Shown here: one piece after another, positions 54,354 to 64,000 of the stretch
Layout: each line of letters begins with the position of its first letter
Position numbering within the stretch: the first letter of the stretch is position 1
Assembly (NCBI GenBank): GCA_000004985.1
Contig: GG738862.1
DNA from: Naegleria gruberi
Lineage: Eukaryota
Length of the DNA stretch: 64,000 bases
Direction: 5' to 3' (one strand)
Notes under the pieces: generated by a model
The model's input: only the letters and a program-made list of their open reading frames with translations
Told to the model about the DNA's origin: nothing
Database searches by the model: none
Made by a program: the position numbers and the translations under genes

Positions 54354-55895
54354 ATGTCTTTAACTGATGATGCTCTTTGTCAGAAATACTTTGGATCAAA
54401 ATTTGGTTTTTGTTCTCCATTTTACTTTGTTGTTCAAAACATTACGAATACAGTTCAAAAGTATAGCAAATCATCGATCTCTAGTACAATTAAAGATGAT
54501 GTACATGTTTCCAATTACTTAATTCTTGCTGACATATTGAAAGAGAATGGAAAACAAAACTGTTGTTTTCATGATGAAGCTTTCGAGCTATTTAAGAGCA
54601 ACATCTCCAGATTCATTGATCCTGATTCACCAAAGGAGCAATTAAATTCAATCAGCAAAAAGTATTTTGATTGTGAGTACAAAAAGTTGATGGACAACAT
54701 TACAGAAATGCTGAGCAGAAGTATTCCTCTAACTTCTTTTTCCAAAAATCAGCAAGTCCTTTCGAATTATCCCACTTTGGCAGATAAGATTGCAGAGGAT
54801 AAAAGCCAGACTGCTCACACTGTTTTCAAATTCTTACAATGTAATACTAATTTCTTTGAAGCCGTAGAGGACAATTCAGGAAAAACTCAAACAAGTGTTG
54901 GCTCTCAGGTCAATAATTCAACTTCTTCCCGTTCAACCATTGCTAGCTCTGCAACTAGCACTCCAAAAACCAATGCTAATACAACCAGAACTCCAACCTA
55001 CAGTAATAGTAACTACTCTGCTTTTAACTCAAATCAACCAAGTACCAATAATGATCCGAAGCCTGTTTCAATTGATGATTTTAGAAAAGTTATTAGTGAG
55101 GAGGTAAAGACCAGTATGGAACAAATCTTTGAGAGGTTCAAGAACTTCAGCTCCAATAACAATATTAATGCTGAGAATGAAGAGCTCAAGAAAAAACTTA
55201 CTGCAGAGGAGGAGAAGAATGGGGCACTGTCCTTAGAAATTGCAAATTTGAAACAACAAATGACAAAACTCAAAGAAGAAAATGCTATTCAATTACAAAT
55301 TAATGCAGATCAAAATCAAAAAATCTCAAATCTCTCATTGCTCGTTGAACAAAAGGAGAATTCTCAAAGACTCTTAGATTTAGGCGTGGTTTCTAATACC
55401 AAAACAGATCAGATTATTGATATGGCTAAGAGGGGGCTTTCAGAAATTAATGACAAAATTATCAATACTGTACTTGGTGCAGGTATTGAAGATTCCCAAG
55501 GAATTCTATTGGAAAAGTTTATGAAGATCTCTTTCTCACATGCTTTTTATTGTGCTTTCGATTCATTTGAGTCTGTTGTTGATTGTGCTTTCAGAAAGCT
55601 AATTACCTACATGAGTGAATCATTGCCTGGTTTAAAAACAGAGCAAACAGAAACAATTTTTACGGAATTCAAGGTTTCTCTTCAAAGTATGTTCTCTCTT
55701 ATCCATCAAATACCAAAGAATCTCAATATTAGATTTGATTTTTCAAGTGATATCAGAACTATGCATGTGGAAGAGATGACACAAGGAACTGGACAACCTG
55801 TAGCTACCGAATATTATTGCTTATTCCCTTCTCTTTATCATGGAGAGAGTTTGATAGAAAAAGGTTACGTTTTAAAGCTCACCAAGTATCAATAA
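54354..55895 (+). CDS. coiled-coil protein, paralog 2
   Basis: C-terminal ...VATEYYCLFPSLYHGESLIEKGYVLKLTKYQ matches the paralog 4 sequence EFFCLFPTLYFGENVHVKGRVLEVKYLH. Confidence 0.5.
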   Translation: MSLTDDALCQKYFGSKFGFCSPFYFVVQNITNTVQKYSKSSISSTIKDDVHVSNYLILADILKENGKQNCCFHDEAFELFKSNISRFIDPDSPKEQLNSISKKYFDCEYKKLMDNITEMLSRSIPLTSFSKNQQVLSNYPTLADKIAEDKSQTAHTVFKFLQCNTNFFEAVEDNSGKTQTSVGSQVNNSTSSRSTIASSATSTPKTNANTTRTPTYSNSNYSAFNSNQPSTNNDPKPVSIDDFRKVISEEVKTSMEQIFERFKNFSSNNNINAENEELKKKLTAEEEKNGALSLEIANLKQQMTKLKEENAIQLQINADQNQKISNLSLLVEQKENSQRLLDLGVVSNTKTDQIIDMAKRGLSEINDKIINTVLGAGIEDSQGILLEKFMKISFSHAFYCAFDSFESVVDCAFRKLITYMSESLPGLKTEQTETIFTEFKVSLQSMFSLIHQIPKNLNIRFDFSSDIRTMHVEEMTQGTGQPVATEYYCLFPSLYHGESLIEKGYVLKLTKYQ

Positions 55896-55935
55896 TAGAA
55901 TGATGTAAACTAATTGTATTATTACATTACCCAAT

Positions 55936-57198
55936 TTATTTTTTCATTCTCTTGATTCTCTTGAATGCTGTTCCAATCAGCTCAGCCTTCTTATTTTCTC
56001 CAAGAACTAAAGCAGGAAGCACTGAAACAATCTCCTCTTCAGGTTGACTGGAATTCTCTTCTGAGATCTCTTTAACATCAACATAATCTACATAACCGAT
56101 AAGTTTGAAGCTTTTGGAGGAATAGATTTCACCATCAATTCCAATCCAAAGAAGAGAAATCTTTGGGAATCGCAATGATTGTGTTGCTTGTTCCAAATCT
56201 TTGGCCATTGAAACAATTTCAGAAAAGATGGATTCTCCAGTGAGGAGCATGTTCTTGCATTCATCGTTTTCTGCAGAGTTTAGGAATTTGTTCCAAGAGA
56301 TTTCAAACAGTTCCTTCTTTTCAATAGTTGGATTTTCAAATAAGCATTGGAAAATTGTATTGGAAAGGTAGTAAAGATACTTTTCATAGATTTCAGGAAG
56401 TCCAGTTTCCATTATGAAATCAAAACATTTTGAATCAATATTGGTTATCAATTTTGTACATTTCTCTACAACTTCTTGAGCTTGACTGTTGATGACCTCA
56501 CCAGAGTTGAGAAGTTCCATTGATCTTTGTAATGTTTGGAGATTGAGAATAGCTGCTTCTTTCTCTTTTATCAATTCTTGAATTCTTTCATCTTTTTCTT
56601 TGATTTCAATCTCAGCTTTCATTCTTGATTGATTCTCTTGGTTTAGTTCTCTTCTCACCTTCTCTAATTCTGTATGAGTTTGAGCTAGCTCTTTTGTTAG
56701 TGTGCTGAATCTGATTTCTAACGACTCGTTTTCATTCTTTTGCTGCTTCAATTCATCAACCAATTTTGACATAAAATTGTCAATCAAATTTACCTTTTCA
56801 ACAAGGCCATCAGAAGAGCTAACTTTGATATTTAGTTTCTCAATAATTTTATCAACTGCCTTTGTGATATTCTCATTGTCTAATGTAACACTTTTAAACT
56901 TCTCTTTAATTTCATTGGTAATAGTGATGGAGCCAGATCCTTGATAGGAAATCCTTACGAAAGGTTCACTGTTGGTTGTTGATTTCTCAAGCAGATCACT
57001 AGTTTCCTTTAGAATATCTAATAGTGTATCTCTCTTTACAATCGAATAACCTTCATTTAGAACAATGGATGAAAAATAAGTTTGTTTATCTGGAACTAGA
57101 TATTGTACATTGCAAAGAAGTTGCAACTCTTGCTTTATTTCTTCCTCTGGAGTAATATTTTTCTTGGCAGTATCAGAGGTAGTAGCTTTCTGTCCCAT
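55936..57198 (-). CDS. coiled-coil protein, paralog 3
   Basis: C-terminal ...LRFPKISLLWIGIDGEIYSSKSFKLIGYVDYVDV is a related block. The central coiled coil is ELAQTHTELEKVRRELNQENQSRMKAEIEIKEKDERIQELIKEKE. Confidence 0.5.
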   Translation of the reverse strand: MGQKATTSDTAKKNITPEEEIKQELQLLCNVQYLVPDKQTYFSSIVLNEGYSIVKRDTLLDILKETSDLLEKSTTNSEPFVRISYQGSGSITITNEIKEKFKSVTLDNENITKAVDKIIEKLNIKVSSSDGLVEKVNLIDNFMSKLVDELKQQKNENESLEIRFSTLTKELAQTHTELEKVRRELNQENQSRMKAEIEIKEKDERIQELIKEKEAAILNLQTLQRSMELLNSGEVINSQAQEVVEKCTKLITNIDSKCFDFIMETGLPEIYEKYLYYLSNTIFQCLFENPTIEKKELFEISWNKFLNSAENDECKNMLLTGESIFSEIVSMAKDLEQATQSLRFPKISLLWIGIDGEIYSSKSFKLIGYVDYVDVKEISEENSSQPEEEIVSVLPALVLGENKKAELIGTAFKRIKRMKK

Positions 57199-57293
57199 TT
57201 TTTATTGCTTGGGAATTGTCAAATACGTCAAATGTCTAAGAGTCATATTTTGCATGTCATCACGTTACAACTATTAATTCACCTTTCAAAAAA

Positions 57294-59683
57294 ATGTACA
57301 TTGCTGATACACTCCACAAGTCCATCGTAGCATTCACCAAATCAACCCATGACAACGTTCAACCAGCACACTTGGAAGAACTCTTAAATTCTCTCCATTC
57401 AAACTTGGTTCAATTGACCAATTCTGAAGGAATGACAAGTTTGATCATTAGAGAATTTGCTCTACATGTCATTCTTCAATGGTTTTCAAAAGGAGAAGAT
57501 TTGGAAAATTTGCTCTCTGGAAATTGTAAATTTCAAGTTCTTTACATTTTGAAAAGCTTTTTGAAAGTCTCAGATCCAAATAATGTTGTTTGTAGCAGTG
57601 TTATTGTCTTGTTGCATTTGAAAAGAAGTTTTATGGAAAGATCTAAATTTAAATCGATTTTGGAAGAACCAGAGAGTTTGTCTAAACTTTTAGACTTGAA
57701 GAAACAATTCGAATCAATGATTGAAGAGCCGCTTCAGGTAAGTTTCATGTAGAAGGTTAAATTCATTAATTCAATAATTAGGGAAGTGGAAACTTTGATT
57801 TATTGATCAACATGTTGAAAAAATCCAAAGATTCAACAGAGAGAGAATTAATTATTGATATAATTACATCTCTTCCATCAAAAGTTCTTAAAATGATTTC
57901 GAATAGAAGCATGTCATATATTATTGAATTGGCCAAATCAATGGAAATTGAAAAGTCAGACGAAAATGATATTCATTGGGCTGATAAGATTACAACTCCA
58001 ATTTCTGTGAATCGAGCAGGGACAGAGCAAAAGAAGTGTATTCAATGTCTATGTGAAAAATTAGACGAAAAAGTTAGTCAATTACTTGCTGATTTCTCAT
58101 ATTGGGTTATTGAAACTAAAGGTGTATTTAGAGATTCCATTAGTGTTTTCATTGAATGCTTCGAAAGATATGGAATTGACAATGACAAGTTGTCACAAGA
58201 ACAGCAAGCAACAAATTTAGTAAGATTACTCTCCCGTATGAAATTCTTATCAGAATCAGGGTTCACATTGCCCAAATCGTTAGGTGAATTCATCAATAGA
58301 AGAAAAAATATAGTCATGTTTATTAAGAGCAACGATGAAATGAGAGTTTATTTTATTGAACATTTTGGTGAAAAGTATTTGACAATAGGTCAAGAAAATC
58401 AAATCAATACTCCTAAAACAGATCAAGAGCTTTTCAAATATGTTAAACCAACAATCAATTCATCCTCTATATCAATGCTCATCTCCCAGAATTTGGATTT
58501 TGAAACTCAACAAAAAGCTCAGCAATTCGAAACAACCCTGCAAGACATTAGACAAGATTCAGATAGTGATGTAATCATGCACGATGAATTCAATCTTCCA
58601 ATTGTTTGTAGCTCTTCAGACATAATGCCAAGTAGTAATACTCACCCACCTGCTACACACCAAACAGTCAACTTGTTAACAAATGGTTTATTGAATGAAA
58701 ATGGTTACAATACAAGATTAGAAAAACAGGAACCTCAAGTAATTCAACCTTTGAAAGTTCAATCATTCAGAAAATCTTGTGAAATTGAATCTTTTCCTTT
58801 TCAGGGTGACTTTACATTTGTTCAAGAAATTACCAGTTCCTTATTTAGTAACGTTTCAGATGTTAAGATTTCATACAAGAACAAATACATTATTGTTAGC
58901 AATAGTAATAATGGCAAAAATCAATTGCTTTTCTTTGATTTAAATACCAAAGAGTTAAAGAAGAACATTTCCTTTTTCGACAACATTAATGGAATAGCTA
59001 TTGAGAGAAATTTTGATGGACGAAACGATGCCATCATCTTGTCCACTGAAGAAAAGGTCCTCAAGTTCGATATTTCCAAACTAGTTCTCAATGGCACCGA
59101 CAAGAACTATCTATGGAGCAAAAAGTTGGAAATCACCTCTCGTTTTGCAGTCAAGAACGCTAAACTAGCAGCACTAACAATTCTCCACTCACCACACACA
59201 GAGAAAAAAGTAGAAAATGTTGTTTTCGTTTGTGATACCTCTTTCAATTGTATTCATATTTTGAGAAGCTCTGATGGAAAGATTTTAAAGAGAATTGGTG
59301 GAATTAACTCTACTGATAAGATGTCAATGTTTCATCCTAATTGGATTGACATTGATAGAGAGAGCTCTGAATTGGTAATATCAGAAACTATGTCGAATAA
59401 TGTTAGAGTGTTATTGGAAAGTTCTGAAACTAAAACTATTGAGACAAGATGTTTGCCAACCAAATTTAAACAAGTTGGAGGTATTGTATATGACAATTAT
59501 ACAAAAAACATTATAGTTTCAGATGTGATTGAGAATAGTATTCAAATATTCAATGCTATTGGAAACAGGGTGAATATATTGGCAGGGCAGGTCCATCATC
59601 CAAAGAGTTTATGTATCAATGAAGAAACAGGTGAATTGTATGTAAACGATTCAGGAAACAAGAGAATTGTAATTTACAAATAA
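57294..59683 (+). CDS. hypothetical protein with a C-terminal NHL-like beta-propeller region; 2 exons with a 44-nt intron at 57738..57781
   Basis: The GTAAGT...ATTAG intron joins ...MIEEPLQ to GSGNFDLLINMLKK in frame. The C-terminus (NVVFVCDTSFNCIHILRSSDGKILKRIG, LCINEETGELYVNDSGNKRIVIYK) is NHL-repeat-like. Confidence 0.5.
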
Positions 59684-59700
59684 TTTGTTTCTAATAAAAC

Positions 59701-60789
59701 TTAGTGTAAATACTTTACTTCTAGAACTCTTCCTTTCACGTGTACATTCTCTCCAAAATAAAGGGTTGGAAATAAACAAAAGAATTCTACCTTTTCAATT
59801 TGTGTGCCAGAACCGATAGTTACAGAACCATCGATTAAATGATTGTGTTTAGTTGACTTTTCGAACCATTCTAGACGAATGTTATATCCAAGCTCGAGAT
59901 TGTGAATTCTCTCAATAATACCATTCATAAATACTCGAAGTTCATGTAAGTGTTTTTCTGGAACCATTTTGTGAATATTATTAGTATTGATCAATTGGAT
60001 TAACTTTTGTTCTGCAAAGGAGACTAAAGTTAACGAATCATTCTGAGCTTGTGAAAATGCAGAACATATTGACATACACAAACTCTTCTCAATAAGAGAA
60101 CAAGTTTCTTCGCTAATATTAGGAATTGATAATAAGTAATTTACAACATCATTCTGAATGTTACTGATCTCTCTCGATGCCCTATCTAGTATCAATTCCA
60201 CATTCGAATTTGAAACTAATCCTTTCGAAATTAGATTTTCAGATAATTCTTTTTGTTGCGTGAGTGAATCCAACCAAGCCAAAAGTTCCAATTCTTTTTT
60301 TCGTAATAGTTCAATTTCTTCATCTTTCTTCTTTATCATTTCTTCTTGTTGTTCCATTCGAATCTTGATAGATTTTACAAGACTATCAGCTGAGCACTGT
60401 TGCAATTGATCAGAATCCAAAGAGCTTGTTTCAATTATTGCTAACCCTTCCGAACACAATTGTTCATCCAACAAAATTAGAAATTTTAATTCTGAATTAT
60501 TTTCACTACTCTCGCAAAAACATGAAACATTTGCTGGAGTTTGGTTTCTTGTTTTTAGGTACTTGATGATTAGTTGAGTGTTGGGATTTTCCATCTCGTT
60601 TTGAAAAAGGCTCCAAGCTTTTGCCATCTGTTTCCACATTTTTTTAATAATAGATTTGACAAGTTGTTGCAATTCCCAACTGTCACTTATCATATGTCTT
60701 CTCCCAAGTCTCAAAAACAAACGTGATGTCAAAGTGTAAAACAAAGAAAAAAACAACTCAATGGTACACATAGCCCGTACTATTACCAT
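59701..60789 (-). CDS. coiled-coil protein, paralog 4. The true start may be a downstream Met, because the 5' end overlaps the divergent HSPA12-like gene.
   Basis: Shares the C-terminal domain with paralog 2. Coiled coil MEQQEEMIKKKDEEIELLRKKELELLAWLDS. Confidence 0.45.
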   Translation of the reverse strand: MVIVRAMCTIELFFSLFYTLTSRLFLRLGRRHMISDSWELQQLVKSIIKKMWKQMAKAWSLFQNEMENPNTQLIIKYLKTRNQTPANVSCFCESSENNSELKFLILLDEQLCSEGLAIIETSSLDSDQLQQCSADSLVKSIKIRMEQQEEMIKKKDEEIELLRKKELELLAWLDSLTQQKELSENLISKGLVSNSNVELILDRASREISNIQNDVVNYLLSIPNISEETCSLIEKSLCMSICSAFSQAQNDSLTLVSFAEQKLIQLINTNNIHKMVPEKHLHELRVFMNGIIERIHNLELGYNIRLEWFEKSTKHNHLIDGSVTIGSGTQIEKVEFFCLFPTLYFGENVHVKGRVLEVKYLH

Positions 60790-61258
60790 AGCTGTTGACT
60801 TTGGTACTTCTCGCTCTGGTTTCGCCTACATTAACCATGGTGAAGATGTGAAATCTGACATTAAAACCTACAAGAATTGGGACGGAGCAGCTGTTCCATA
60901 CGATAAGAATCTAACCCAGATATTATATAATCCAGATGGTGAACCAATTAGCTTTGGTTACAATGCCCCAAAGGAGTACAGCGAACTGATCTACCACCCT
61001 TCATGTGACATTTCTCAATATACCTTGTTCAAGTATTTCAAGATGCAATTACAAAAGAAAACTAATCCAGATGGTATTTTAAGAAATGAAGTAACTGGTA
61101 GGGAATTTGATCTTGTCGAAGTTATTGCTGATTACTTGGTTTATATTCGAAAGATTATTGAAAAAATTACAGGTATCGATTTGACTATTCACAAGGAGAA
61201 TGTTCGTTGGTGTTTTACAGTTCCAGCTATTGGGAAGATGAAGAGAAACAACAAACTA
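60761..61258 (+). CDS. HSPA12-like (atypical Hsp70-superfamily) ATPase, N-terminal 166 codons; truncated by the assembly gap
   Basis: TITIAVDFGTSRSGFAY...ISFGYNAP...ENVRWCFTVPAIGKM parallels the HSPA12 blocks VVAIDFGTTSSGYAYSF and VRWVITVPAIWK. Confidence 0.6.
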
Positions 61259-61308
61259 NNNNNNNNNNNNNNNNNNNNNNNNNNNNNNNNNNNNNNNNNN
61301 NNNNNNNN
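61259..61308. other. assembly gap (50 N)
   Basis: Run of n characters. Confidence 1.
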
Positions 61309-64000
61309 ATAAAAAGATGATATGAAACAAAATTAGCTGATTTGAAAAAGAAGCTAAAAGAACACGAAACAGGAATACAGGAACTAAAGGAACAACACAA
61401 AACACAATTAGAGGAGCAAATGGATCAATATGAAACACAATTAGAGGAGCAATTAAATCAATACCAAGAACAATTAGAAGAGGAAAGAGCTTACAAAACA
61501 AAATTAGAGGAGCAAATTGAAAGTATGGGCAAAAATATTCAATCATTGTCGTCTAAACTAGCTAATTATGAATTTGATAGTTTGGTAAAGCCAAACAAAA
61601 GATGTTCCTGTGATTGTTCAATATGTAAGGGATGTCAAAAACCTGTTTTTTAATTCTTGACAATCTTCTATCCAATAAATACATTTCTCGTATTGATTAA
61701 TCTTGTTTTATTCTCAATACTATTTAACAGAGGTTCTTTCGTGTTGTCACAATTTTTTCTGAGGAAACCTTTTCAGATGTTTCATTTCAAGGTCGAAATT
61801 GATTATTGGTCTTTGTTTTTTTCCAAAAAAATGTTCATTCCGATTCCTTCATGGAGTGATGATCATCACGTGGTGAATAATCCTCCGATAAATGATGATC
61901 AATCCAGTGATGATCATGAAACGTCTACAAACAATTTAAATCATGTAAAATTTCCATCATATGATTATAGTTACCTTATTGAAAAACAAAAATTGGAGAA
62001 TACATTTAATACTGCATTTATTGGTGGTAATGATCAAACAGAGTTTAAGAAGTATGATAAATGTATTAGTAATTTTAAATTGGATTCAGTGTCATCTCAC
62101 TATTGCGAGAATAGTAAACCATACATATCAAATAACAAATACTTGAATGAACTCTATCATATTTATATTAATGATGAAAAAAAAATTGAATTGAATAATA
62201 TTAATCATTTTTACAATAATACTTGGAAGAATGTTAATTTGGAAAATGGGTGTATTCATTCTATTGAAAATCATTTAAGATCAGTTACTGTTTATGGAAA
62301 AAATACTAATTTTTTTGTTTTAAATACATTTGATAGATTTAAGGAGATGGATATTTAAAACTAACAATGATTTAAAAACGGTATTTCCATTTTTTAAATC
62401 AAAAAAGGACTTCTCTGATTTGGAGGTGCACAACATTTTGGGTCTGATTGCCAAATCAAGAAAAAGAAGAACACTACTAGATAACTTATTACCATCATGT
62501 ATAGAAATAGTTGGAGATAGTGTAAATTCTATTTGTTTTCTATTACAAGATTATACACTTTATATATCAAATGAAGTTAATCAAAAGCATAAGAAAATTT
62601 ATTCTGTAAATTTCTTAAAATTAAATTTAATAGATATTGGAATTCCATTAAAAGAATTAAGTTCAACCTCATTCCAAGATAGAAATTTAATTATTAAAAA
62701 TAGAGATGGAAACATATTGTTTGGAATTGAAAAAATACCCAAATTAACACATTCCTTAATTTCACATTGCAAATTATTATTTGAAAAATTGAAATTGAAT
62801 ATTTTAACTGATATTGACATTATTTTATGTTAATTATTTTACAACTAACTAGAAATTTTTGATTTGTTGATAGAGGGAAGAGACAGGGAAAATACAGCAC
62901 GCATGGTACCTTCTGTAAATCACAACAATTAAAATACAAAAAATTGTGTAAATAATTATAATATTACAAACATGATGCGCTTGCAAAAGTTAAAAAAAAT
63001 GGGAAAACGAAAACATTCAAAAATTTCAAAGGAAAAGAAAAATATTCATCAAAGGGAGGAAAAGTCTGCACCAGGAGTTGTTATGACTAATTTGCCAGAT
63101 GGAGCATCATTACAAATTTCTACAAAAAAGAAAAAGATGTCTCATGCTTCTTCTACTACTCCGAAGAATGATCAAATTGGATTGGAAATGATTGAAAAAT
63201 GGCAGCAAATTTTGAGTTTGCAAGATACACTCACCCTGATTCTGGGTTACATTCCCGAATATTTATTGGAGAGAACAATGAGATTTGTTAATAGGGATTT
63301 TTATCTTGCATCCTCTGTTGCTTGGAGAGAGAATATTCGAAGTTTGAAAATTCATGCATCATCACTCAAGGAAATAGAGATTGGTATTAAAAGATGGGAA
63401 AAACTCAAGAATTTGAAAGATGTAAAGATTTCGTTTACTGATTTTGATATATGCTATGAGTTTGATGTTTGTTGCTTGAGTCATTTGGGATTTGAAAAAA
63501 TTGGAGTTGTTAATACCACATCAATATTTTCCAAATCTCTTGTTGACACTAAATGGGTTGAAACTTTGAGATATTTACAAATTGATATTCATCAACAATA
63601 TTTTACTGCCTTGTTTGACTTGAATTTACACACTTTGGTTGTACAATTTCTTGAATTGGATGATAGTGAATTAATTATTGGAAAGGATGATAAGCCTTTA
63701 TTTAAAAGTTTAACCCATCTCGATTACTCGAGTATAGCATTCAATAACATGGATGAATTTTTGAATAGACTTGTTAACCTTAAAAAATTGAGAAATGGTG
63801 ATGATGACATGAGTATTGAGAATATCAAATTACCTAATTTGAAACACTATAATTGTATGCATGAATTAATGGGGATAGAAGAGGTATTTCCAAAGTTAGA
63901 ATCTCTAAAATCATATTCTAGTTTTTCAACAGCTAACGTGACAGGAGCAATCTCCCTAAAAACTTTAAAATCGGTAACCCTTAGTTTAGAATCAAAAACG
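61309..64000 (+). repeat. second copy of the segment 46176..49396 (segmental duplication; extends beyond the window end)
   Basis: Direct comparison of the two intervals. 61342..61653 equals the C-terminus of the 235-aa coiled-coil ORF. 61657..62358 equals the 307-aa ORF, except for a 497-bp deletion (copy-1 47217..47713, ATG microhomology) and an E-to-G change. 62330..62833 and 62972..64000 are identical in amino-acid sequence to the 47784 and 48368 genes. The intergenic stretch between the two downstream genes is diverged. Confidence 0.85.

Noticed and set aside
1-64000. Prokaryotic interpretation (operons, CRISPR, phage or defence islands)
   Set aside because: Several genes require GT-AG spliceosomal introns to restore conserved domains (Miro, ABCB, ELMO, NHL/EGF). 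The tRNA has eukaryotic Pol III features. The proteins are eukaryote-specific (RGS, F-box, ankyrin, NMD3, RAMP4, Miro). No direct-repeat/spacer arrays are present.
61309-64000. Treating the second locus copy purely as an assembly artefact or haplotig
   Set aside because: The spacer sequences between the last two genes differ substantially while the exons are identical, and copy 2 carries a 497-bp deletion. A collapsed or duplicated haplotype would more likely be uniformly near-identical. Assembly error is still not excluded, so it is reported as a finding, not as fact.

Overview
This 64 kb window is AT-rich nuclear DNA from a eukaryote with the standard genetic code. It is gene-dense, with genes on both strands. 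The few introns I could reconstruct are 41-163 nt, most under 70 nt, with GTAAGT/GTATGT donors and (T/A)AG acceptors. Proteins carry Asn/Ser/Thr-rich low-complexity tracts. Gene content includes Miro with EF hands, mitochondrially targeted Qri7/OSGEPL1, an ELMO-domain protein, tenascin-type EGF arrays and many F-box-like proteins. This fits an amoebozoan or dictyostelid-like genome, but that is inference only. It is not prokaryotic: there are no operons and no CRISPR, spliceosomal introns are present, and a Pol-III tRNA has a T-run terminator.

The supplied ORF track treats TTG and GTG as start codons, so I re-anchored 5' ends to visible ATGs where I could.

Recognisable genes:
- an alpha/beta hydrolase (partial, minus strand at the window start)
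- a PH-PAS-RGS protein
- an F-box protein fused to a polytopic membrane domain
- an ELMO-domain protein
- a TPT/SLC35 transporter
- two GT61 glycosyltransferases, one of them frameshifted
- an EME1-like nuclease subunit
- RAMP4/SERP1
- ribosomal protein L19
- Miro GTPase
- Qri7/OSGEPL1
- NMD3
- a TruB-like pseudouridine synthase
- F-box/LRR proteins
- an actin-family protein
- an ankyrin-repeat protein
- an NHL/EGF/TM ectodomain protein whose stop codon directly abuts a Ser/Thr kinase ORF
- tRNA-Glu(UUC)
- a V8-like serine peptidase
- an ABCB half-transporter (3 exons)
- a tandem cluster of four paralogous coiled-coil genes
- an HSPA12-like ATPase truncated by a 50-N assembly gap

At least 3.2 kb of the locus at 46.2-49.4 kb (and likely more) is duplicated at 61.3-64.0 kb, with identical coding sequence but diverged intergenic sequence and a 497-bp deletion.

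Candidates worth a second look:
- an in-frame TGA separating a receptor ectodomain from a kinase
- a 1.5-kb ORF-free element bounded by inverted clusters of GACGG/AAACGG motifs, possibly a hAT-like MITE
- an rpl19 pseudogene fragment
- a perfect CRE palindrome upstream of RAMP4
- the lineage-specific coiled-coil paralog cluster

All functional calls rest on motif recognition by eye. No database searches were run.
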